Source of the DNA: Vairimorpha necatrix
Lineage: Eukaryota
Reading direction: 5' to 3'
DNA length: 64,000 nucleotides
NCBI GenBank assembly: GCA_036630325.1
Contig: CP142729.1
Location: 1-64,000, forward strand
Below are positions 54,338 through 64,000 of this stretch, in pieces. Every line of letters begins with the position of its first letter. Position 1 is the first letter of the stretch. Both the position numbers and the translations under genes were made by a program. Under the pieces are notes generated by a model. The model searched no databases. It had not been told where the DNA came from and saw nothing but the letters and a program-made list of their open reading frames with translations.

Positions 54338-55960
54338 TGCATTTTCAGCTGTTCTTAATTTTTTCATATTTTTCTAGATTTGTCTTCTTATATATATATA
54401 CAAGAAAGAGATGGAAAATTAACAAATTTCATAAAAGCTTTAAAAACAAAAAAAGATACACAAAAAGTACTTGTATAACAATAATGTGTATTTATATGTA
54501 GTCTTAGATGTTCTTAATTTTTTCATATTTTTCGAGATTTGTCTTCTTATATATATATATATACAAGAAGGAGATGGAAAAATGCCAAATTTCATAAATG
54601 CTTTAAAAACAAAAATAGATATTCAAAAAGTACTTGTATTACAATAATGTGTATTAATATGCATTTTCAGCTGTTCTTAATTTTTTCATATTTTGCAAGA
54701 TTTGTCTTCTTATATATATATATACAGGAAGGAGATGAAAAAATAACAAATCTTTTAAATCGCTCAAAAACAAATAAAGATACTCAAGTGTCACTTATAT
54801 AACAATAATATAGATTTATATGTAGTCTTAGATGTTCTTAATTTTATATATTTTTCGAGATTTGTCTTCTTATATATATATATACAAGAATAAGATGGAA
54901 AAAATAACAAATTCCATAAATGCTTTAAAAACAAAAAAAGATACACAAAAAGTACTTGTAAAACAATAATATGAATTTATATGTAGTCTGAGATGTACTT
55001 AATTTTTGTATATTTTTCAAGATCTGTCTTCTTATATATATACAAGAAGGAGATGAAAATTATCAAATTTCTTAAAAGCTTTAAAAACAAATAAAGAAAC
55101 ACAAAAAGTACCTGTATAACTATAATATGAATTTATAAGCATTTTCAGAAGTTCTTAATTTTTTCATATTTTTCAAGATTTGTCTTCTTATATACATATA
55201 TACAAGAAGGAGATGAAAAATTATCAAATTTCTTAAAAGCTTTAAAAACAAATAAAGAAACACAAAAAGTACCTGTTTAACTATAATATGAATTTATATG
55301 TAGTCTGAGATGTACTTAATTTTTTTATATTTTTCAAGATCTGTCTTCTTATATACATATATACAAGAAAGAGATGGGAAAAATCAAATTTCATAAATGC
55401 TTTAAAAACAATTAAAGTACCCAGGTGTCACTTATATAACAATAATATGAATTTATAAGCATTTTCAGAAGTTCTTAATTTTTTCATATTTTTCAAGATT
55501 TGTCTTCTTATATATATATACAAGAAAGAGATGAAAAATGGCAAATTTCATAAATGCTTTAAAAACAATTAAAGTACCCAGGTGTCACTTATATAACAAT
55601 AATATGAATTTATAGACATTTTCAGAAGTTCTTAATTTTTTCATATTTTTCAAGATTTGTCTTCTTATATACATATATACAAGAAGGAGATGAAAAATGG
55701 CAAATTTCATAAATGCTTTAAAAACAATTAAAGTACCCAGGTGTCACTTATATAACAATAATATGAATTTATAAGCATTTTCAGAAGTTCTTAATTTTTT
55801 CATATTTTTCAAGATTTGTCTTCTTATATACATATATACAAGAAGGAGATGAAAAATGGCAAATTTCATAAATGCTTAAAAAACAAAAAAAGATACACCA
55901 AAAGAAACTTATATAACAATAATATAGATTTATATGTAGTCTTAGATGTTCTAAATTTTA
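54338..55960. repeat. ~160-bp tandem satellite, 10 units plus a partial unit
   Basis: Unit starts at ~54338, 54497, 54660, 54821, 54982, 55138, 55299, 55458, 55616, 55774 and 55935. Confidence 0.95.
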
Positions 55961-56573
55961 AACATTGTTATTTCCTTCTTATATGTTTATCAAGTTATAG
56001 TTACTTATCTATAAAAAACATTTAAAATTATTTTTCTTTTAAAAATATCATCAAGAAAACCAATACTTCTTACTTTACATACATATACTATACATGTTAA
56101 TTTTTTTGTTTAGAAGTAAAGTTAATTTTCTTCTTCTTTCAAGTTCATTATCCTTCTTATATATACATATACATCTTTACAATTGATTTTTTAAATAGAG
56201 TATAAGTTCTGTGTACCCCAATGATTTGAATATATTAACCAATATTCAGATACAGTATGTTTCTGTTTGTTGTTAAAATACGTTATGTAGGGCTTTTTTT
56301 AATAATTTAGCTTCTTAGTGTATATAGTATATTATTGTTTTATAATTACAATTTAAAGGTTAAATTTCTACATTTACACTATTAAAATTATGGTTATTTA
56401 TTGACACAACTTCTTCATACATCGGTCATTTAAAAACTCAAAGGCCTAACAAACCATAATTGATGATCTAAATATACAAAAATATAAATAAATAGAAAAT
56501 ACTTTGCATTGCTTTGTTTTGCGGACTTAAATTGTTTCTTGAGTTAAGAATCGGTCTTTTCTAAATAAAAAAA

Positions 56574-56632
56574 TACCTAACCTACCACCTATACTACCTA
56601 ACCTACCTACCAACCTACCACCTCAACCTAAA
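56574..56632 (-). repeat. Interstitial telomeric tract (degenerate)
   Basis: tacctaacctaccacctatactacctaacctacctaccaacctaccacctcaacctaaa: CCTA/CCTAA/CCA units in the terminal orientation. Confidence 0.88.
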
Positions 56633-56899
56633 CTAAATTAGCCGTATCTCTTATTTAATGGCATTACGTTTGAGTTTAAAAAATTCCCAATTAAATTTGT
56701 CCTGAAAGACGTACTTATACTATAAACAATTTGTTATTTAAAGTGTTATCTTTAATTCGATCAAAACTATAATTACTATCATTTTTAAAAGTAAGATTTA
56801 GAGTTTAATGCAAAATTATAAAAAAATACCTTTGATCATATGATTGTATTCATTAATAATGATATTATATCATTCATTGCACTATAATATATTTTAGAA

Positions 56900-58778
56900 G
56901 TGTCTATCAGAGAGTTTTAATCTAATTCTTTTATAAAAAATATTTGAATTATAACAAAATAATGTATATTTGAGTATATATGCAATAGACCCAAGCTAAA
57001 TTTCGTACTAAGTCATCTATACAGAACAGAGTTATAAAAAAATTACAAAAGGTTCTGCAATACTATCCTTCGATAATAAAACTTTAATAAGTATTAGTTC
57101 GGTAAGGCAACACGCAAATAAAATAGAATTTTTTAGGATTCAATTGTAAGATTTGTTAGGAACTCCCAGTATACGATTTTAAGGGATTCAGATATAACAT
57201 GTGTAAAATATTAAATCTATTAATATATAAATAAAATTATATCGACATATCATATTAATTTATTATATTTTTTGAGTTTTATAGTCGTAACGTAATGCAT
57301 TATTATATTTTCAAATTAATGTATAGTTTTATTTTTCCGGTAAACACAATGATTTTTAGTATATAATTTTTTTTACTTTCTATAACCTGTATCTATCAAA
57401 TCATTCGTCATTTTGATAATTCAAATTCTTAACAAATAAATTTCATTATAATAGATAGCCAATTTTTGAGATTGTTTATGTTTTGATTCTTTGTATATGC
57501 TCAGCAACGAAAAAAGAAGGTAAGATGTATATAAATGTAAATTGTATTATCTCTTTAATTTTTTTGAAATTTTATGGATAACAAAAATAATTTGTAAAAT
57601 GAATTTTATGGTATTAATATTGCATTTTATTTTATATTTTGCTGGATACATTAAATTATCTAATAAAAAGTAGATATGTTAAATATTTATCTATAGCATT
57701 CATTTACCTATCTAAACATTTAACCAACCATCCAAACATTGCCTACGTAAGTATTTTTTTTTGTTCTTGAACATCTTCTTAACGAATATTTAAAATTTTC
57801 AATAATATGTATATTCCACACACTAAAGAAAAATTAAATATACTTCTTTGTTCTCTACACTACTCTATATTTAATCAGATATTGTATTAATCTTCAAATG
57901 AGTCTTAAATTCATATATCTTTAATATACTGTTCATGTTCACTATGCAATATTCATTAATGATTTAGTCCATTACAAATTTTTAATTAACATTAATATAT
58001 AAATATCTATAATTTATTAAAGAATTGCAGCCTTTATTTTCATATTTGAACTAGTTCTTTTCTAAAAAATACCATTTACATGTATGGCTTAACGCTATTG
58101 TATTTGCGATTTTATGAATATTAAGATACAATATTTAAGATCTAGTATTTTCTGAACCTGGATCAGGGTGCCGTAAAGTCGTGAATACAGATATATAATT
58201 TATAGGATTTTGAAAAGCCTAGGATGTGTCAGTCCTCATAGTACAAAAAAATGTTTCGGTCATATAAGAGGGAGATAAATGTAGAGATTAGAATTTTAAT
58301 TGAACTTTAGTATAAGGTTTGTTAAATATAATCGATTTGTTACAAAAATACAATCCATTACATCTAATTAAATTTGTTAAATCTTTAGACTTACATTTCT
58401 AATATTTTTCTTGATATCATGATTAAGAAAATAAATTTCTTTTCTGAGTAACAATTTATTTTTGTTTTGTGTTGATATTAAATTTATAAAAAATAAAATG
58501 TATTTTTTATTATAGATTTTCTTGTTTTATATATAATTTATAGAATTATAATGGGTTTTATATAATATTTTATAAATTTGAATCAAATAAATTAATATAA
58601 TATATAAGAGGGGGTTTGTAATTTACATTTTAGTAGCAGATTCATTTTTTGGATAAAAAATATGCACAAGAAGGCGAATAAAGATTAATAGTGATGTTTA
58701 TTCAGAAATAGTTGTGTGTTAATGTGATATTTATAGAAAATTATTTAAACAAAAAAAATAACATAATTTAAGGCTTAT
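56900..58778 (-). pseudogene. Decayed paralog of block Y (possibly LRR-like), truncated at a mini-LTR element
   Basis: Shared anchors with ~29000-30810 (tgcaatagacccaagctaaa; agaaggtaagatgtat; ataagagg..aatgtaga; aaaaaaataacataa). Confidence 0.3.
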
Positions 58779-59525
58779 TGTTAAAGATAAATGTATGTGA
58801 AGGGTTAATTTATAAAATATATATTCTCAACATCCCGCGCTGAATTTACAACTAAGTATTTTATATATTTGTTCTCTTAACTCGCTCACTACTTGGCTCT
58901 CATAATAATAGTGCAATTTTATTCAACAGACCATGGGCTGCTTTATTCTTTTGCATCTTAATATCTTCTCTAGTTTTAGTCTTTACAGTTCTTTCTTTTC
59001 CTGTTAAAATAAATTTCATCGATGGGCATGTGATTATTTTTACACATGTCTTCTTAACATTGAAAGCGTGATTTTATCCATCTAATCGATTATTTATTTA
59101 CAACACAATTTTTTTGTTGTTTTTCTTCTCTTTTTAAATCTCTCTGGATTTTGAATACTGGTGGTTCAGCTATCTTGCCACGATAGCTTTAATATAAATG
59201 GTGAGATTACCACTACACTCAATCTCGACAATTATGATACCAGATCTTATTGTAGTCAAAACTGTTATAACATAGCATTTCATAGCTAATCTAAGTCTTC
59301 ACCTATGCAAGTCCCTCGACTGATGCAAGGCATCACCTTCTCTTCTGTATGACATCCAACACCCCAATCTGTCATATACTGCATTTTTTTTACGTCTCAT
59401 GCCTCGGCGGAACTTACAACCTTTTCTTTTGTTTAAGTTTGGGTTCGATCGTTTTTTTTATTGTCCACCATGTTAAAGATAATTGTAAGTTAAGGGTTAA
59501 ATTTATTAAATATATATTCTCAACA
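58779..59525 (-). mobile_element. TRIM-like miniature LTR element with 54-55 bp LTRs
   Basis: Direct repeats tgttaaagataa...atattctcaaca at 58779-58832 and 59471-59525. PBS-like TGGTGGAC on the minus strand and PPT-like GCGCGGGA. The 638-bp interior has no recognisable domain, and there is no TSD. Confidence 0.75.
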
Positions 59526-62500
59526 AAAAATGATATAAATTTTAATATTAGCAGTAAAAAAAAATAAGTAATATCTATTAGCGATGTTAGTTTTCACTAA
59601 ATCAAGAAAAGTACAAATTCGTATGTTTATTTGATTTCATACATCGTATATTTATTTTATAAGTTTATTTTTTAAACTCATTCTGCAGTCATAATGTCTT
59701 ATCTTAAAAAACATTAAAATCATATATTTGGAGGACAGATAGTCCGGACGAATTAGATTATCCTCTTGACATCTATAACATGATAATTCCGAAACAATGG
59801 GTTTGAATTAAATATGAATACATTTGAATTTACGAATATGTGCACAAATAAAACGAAGACTTTAATAACGCATTTTTATCTAAAGCAAACATATAAAATC
59901 AAGAAATGTAATATTAAAATAAACATTATTTGTTCTATATTATTAATAGATATGTATAATACATTTTTCTATTAATTTTCAATTTCCATCTCATATGATT
60001 TTTAGATTTTCCTATAGTATTTGGGGCATTTACTTTATTATTTCTTTATGTTTTTAATTAAACTTTAAATGTGTACAAGAACAGCTATTTCGATTTTACG
60101 CATGTTTTACTTATCATATATATGATGTAAAATTTTTCATCGTTGGTCTTGCTATTTTGGTTAAAAACAATATAAGTAATATTTTTTAACGTCAAAACAA
60201 TTGTACTCATTTTGTTTTTACTTAATTAGTTTATTTTTCATAGATAAATCTTTTTATCGTATATATATTGTTTACATAACTCATATATATTTTAAACAAA
60301 AAAATTCTGTGCACTTTGCAGACTTTTGACCAGAAAAAAGAAAATACATACGGACCAACAAACACGAAAATACAAAAAAAAAGGTTTCTCATAAAAATAA
60401 ACTTTTTAAAGCCAATTTACAGAGGAAACTAAATTTTCATTACAAAGTTCTAGTAAAATTATTATATACTATTACTATTATGATCGTTCATATTTGTTTT
60501 TTTATAAAAAGTCTTTTTTGATAATCTTTATATGCTTTTTTTTCGTTAATGAAGATAATATAAACCACAATTTTTATTATTTAAATGTCTTTCAGTTTAT
60601 ACTTTTCTTTTCATGTTGCTTTAAGATAAATACAAAAGTTTTAAATATTGTGAATTTGAAAAATATTAAACTGTCAATAATGGATCTGGTAGTTTTTGAG
60701 CTACAACGACAATTTTAAGACAAGTTTTAGTAAGAAAAGAAATAATTTAATATATATTTTTTTTGTAATTATATTAATTTCTATTTTATTTTTTTAACAA
60801 TTCCTTTTGTATATAATATTTCGATTTTTTTAAATTTACTTCTTCCCTTTTTTTATTCAAAAAAAATTAATTACTTCAATATAACTTGACGAATTCAAAT
60901 ATTTGAATGGAAATATTGAGATCTTTAAACATCACAAATTACTTATTTGATAACAACTTCTTTATCTATTCTTTGTCTATACAAGAACTTATGAATGCTT
61001 TATTGTCTATGAGGATTTATTTTCATTATTAAAAATTTTTTAGATTCAAAAAATTCATTAACATTTGAATATCATATTGTTTTGTTACTAATAAATTTTT
61101 TTTATGATTATAAACTTTTTTTTATTTGTGTTATTAAATTTATTCAATCTTACAACACTCGTAAAGGCAACATAATCTAAATACATTTAATTAGGTAATA
61201 CCTAACTTTTAAACATATTGTACCATAATTTGAATATTAAAATCATAATTATACAGCGTAATTTTTAATATCTTTTATCAACTTTAATCAGAAAATTTGA
61301 TTTTTATTCATGCATATTTATATTGATGTATTATATGACTTAATGAAGATATATTTGCCATATAATAAATTGATTTGCAAGATTTTAAATAATTTCTAGC
61401 TTCTAGTAATTTGTTTATCTGAATATGAATTTAAGTTAAATAAATTTACCATAGATATTTGAAACAATTTATCTTATGTTTTTTTATGTACTGTAGTATG
61501 TGTATAATTTATACGAGTCGACTCGTATGCATATTCTTTTCGTTGATTTAGTATCAAATAATATTAAATCTTTTATTCGGCTAATTTTTTAGCGTGATAT
61601 CTATAACGACTATCTGATGTGTCCGAATTCTCTTTATCATTGTTGCTGAATATAAGTTATGTTTTATAATACTCGATATTATTTTATTGCATAGGCTTCT
61701 TTTAAAATCTAAAATAGTTCGGACTATTGTACTCAAGTTTACATTATGAATAGTCGATTCTAATAAGTATAAACCAATTCGTAATGTGAATGTGCTCTTA
61801 TATGTTTTAAAGTTTATATTTCAAAAATTTCTCTATATTTAGAACTTTATATGATACTGCATACTATATTTTTAAAAAAAACGGCTACTATCAACATTAT
61901 ACTTGGTCTTCTAATTGGTACTTATATAGATTTATTATTATAGTTAATTTACTATACTTTTAAAATCTATTTTTGATATTTATTTAATAATGCGACATAT
62001 TTATTATGTATTTTTAAATTTTTATTGTTTTTAGTTTAATGATAAAATAGTATTTTAATTTATTAATTTTTTAGGTTTTATGTCTTTTTTATATTGACAA
62101 TACATATTGTAAATATTTGATTATAATTTTACTTTGAAGTGTATAAAATGTTCATTGTTTAGGGTATAAGTCATATGAGCATTGTTATTCTATTACTTTG
62201 TGTTTATATATATATATATATGAGATAATCATATTTTATCATATGAAATATATAATTGAAATGAAAAAGAATTAGTAGTACCTTAAGTTGAGAAAAAAAA
62301 TAAATAATAAGTTGTTCAGTAAAACATGTGTTTTAAATCTGAAAATTTATAATAAACACCGTTTGTATGTAAAATATTTCTTGACTTAGAAATTCTAAGT
62401 ATTTGTTTTAAAAAAAATTAATATAACGAAAATTTTTTTTTATATGAAATGTAGTAATCTATTCATTGTGTTTCTAAAGTTTCAACTTTTAAAATTTTAT

Positions 62501-62684
62501 TTAATTTCTAATACATTAATTTCTTAAATAACAAAAGAAAGTAATTGAGAAGATTATTTTTATAAATTTTCCTGAATCAAAATAAAAAAATAACAACTTA
62601 TAGGTTTTTCTAGAAAAGTCCTAACTTATTTCAAATTAATTTGTAAGAAAGTTTTTTTTTATACAAAGAAAATATGCATAATAA

Positions 62685-63020
62685 AATTAATTTATGTATG
62701 CTAGTGTTGTTTATCCTTCTAATTAAACAAGAATATGATTTGAGTTGGCGTCTTCTGCTTGTAGGAAGCATCCGCTCTATGGTCCTTTCAACATCAGCTT
62801 CGTCTCCTTGAATTAGTAATTTCAGAGATACGCATTCTTTCATCTTCTTTAGCTTGATCGTCTAGATATAAGCTTGTACTGTCTTAGGGATTCTAAGTCA
62901 CTTGTAAAAGATTTGTAAAACTTAGTCACTATACCGTCGCAGGTGATTATGTAGGGGATTATTTCTGTTTTAAAACCATACTAAGCACAGTTCGTTTGTA
63001 AGAACATCGTATTTCTATAC
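62685..63020 (-). mobile_element. 3' fragment of RLE-type non-LTR retrotransposon (family II), degenerate
   Basis: KYDVLTNEL..KTEIIPYIITCDGIVTKF..QAYI on the minus strand, followed by GDEADVERTIE. Confidence 0.8.
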
Positions 63021-63045
63021 TTATCGGTTTAAAGGAGATATTAAA

Positions 63046-63587
63046 CTTAAAAGATTTATTGAGTTAATTTTCAATTATGTTTAGATATTCATAGCACAGC
63101 TTTCCCCGGTATCGCTCATGGGATTCAGCTCTTCACAGACTTTGGTTTCTGTGGAATTATTAATGTTTTCCAACTTCACTTTAGCAGCTTCATTCCCCTT
63201 TGCCGACACCACTTCTTTAACAGTCGCCATATTCGCTAGTGCGCTTACAGCTCTAGCCACTTCTTCTTCTCCTGCATCCTCCTGATCGTATCCTCGTCGT
63301 CGTTCCAAAGAGATGGACTCTAGAGTCTTCTTCATCACAATAGACTGGATATATGCTTCCAGGTAGGGTTGGATTTCTAGCTCCCTGATGTACTTTCTGT
63401 GATATTTGGTCACCACTCCATCCCATGTCATTACATAAGGAACTATTCTTGTCCGGGATTTATGTATTAGTCCCAGTTCATTTGCAAGAAGGTCATATTT
63501 TCTTAGTTTTTCATTCTCAACTATAGTAAGTCGATCCTGGTTGGTTATACCAACTTCAACTATTAAAATTTCTTTCTTCTTCTTGTC
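63046..63587 (-). mobile_element. Young 5'-truncated RLE-type non-LTR retrotransposon (family I; R2/R4/NeSL-like group) with an open C-terminal frame
   Basis: Open frame ILIVEVGITNQDRLTIVENEKLRKYDLLANELG..IVPYVMTWDG.. to the stop at 63081 (restriction-like endonuclease E...KxxKY motif). 14-bp TSD AAGGAGATATTAAA at 63032-63045 and 63588-63601. Confidence 0.9.
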
Positions 63588-64000
63588 AAGGAGATATTAA
63601 ATATATATATATATATATAAATTATATTTTTAAAACAAGAAAATATAATTTAAGTAGTTTTATTGACGCGATTATAGGAATAAATGTCCGAATTATCTAT
63701 TTTCTCGTTTAAAATTTTTTTCATACAGTTAAAAAGCTGGATGTTGTTTGTTTAATTATGCGTTGTGTCAATATATCATGTTTAAGCTAATTTAGATAGA
63801 TAAAATATATAGTGTAGTGAAAAACTCAAAAATAACAGGCAATAGAGATAAAAAAATTTTACCTCAGTATTATTATTATAAATGTTGCACATAATTTTCT
63901 AATATCATTAGAAATACAAAAATTTATAAAATCATTTGTACAAGCGTGGTAGGTGTAATTTTAAGTAACTAAAAAAAGCCTTAAGCAAGTCTTAAGACAA

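Larger units (their letters stand above)
32719..56573 (+). repeat. Subtelomeric block X' (copy B of the duplication)
   Basis: Colinear with 1841-28667. It lacks both Merlins, has a solo LTR instead of the full element, and carries a longer satellite. Confidence 0.95.

Noticed and set aside
1841-64000. Subtelomeric rDNA unit, or a Y'-like helicase or telomere-maintaining retrotransposon
   Set aside because: No rRNA-like sequence, helicase ORF or intact RT was seen, and no retroelement is inserted in telomeric repeats.

Overview
This is a very AT-rich eukaryotic chromosome end, and I found no intact host gene in it. The TE repertoire, the composition and a CCC motif just before the Merlin ATG suggest a large-genome microsporidian; that assignment is inference only. 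Bases 1-1840 are a telomeric array mixing two units (CCTAA/CCTA, i.e. TTAGG/TAGG on the G-strand). The subtelomere is modular: telomere - X (1841-28667) - interstitial telomeric tract (ITS) - Y (28693-32696) - ITS - X' (32719-56573) - ITS - Y' (56633-58778) - mini-LTR element - unique sequence. X and X' are a direct duplication that starts at the same base after telomeric repeats. They differ by two Merlin DNA transposons (only in X, exact empty sites in X'), a full versus solo LTR element, and the copy number of a ~160-bp satellite, and they share a ~3.4-kb apparently identical tract. Mobile elements are a decayed Ty3/gypsy element with 38-39 bp LTRs (2 copies), a gag-only LTR element, a TRIM-like element with 54-55 bp LTRs, nine 3' fragments of RLE-type non-LTR retrotransposons, and a tRNA-like relic. 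All retro-derived pieces lie on the minus strand, pointing toward the telomere. Identities were judged by eye, not computed.
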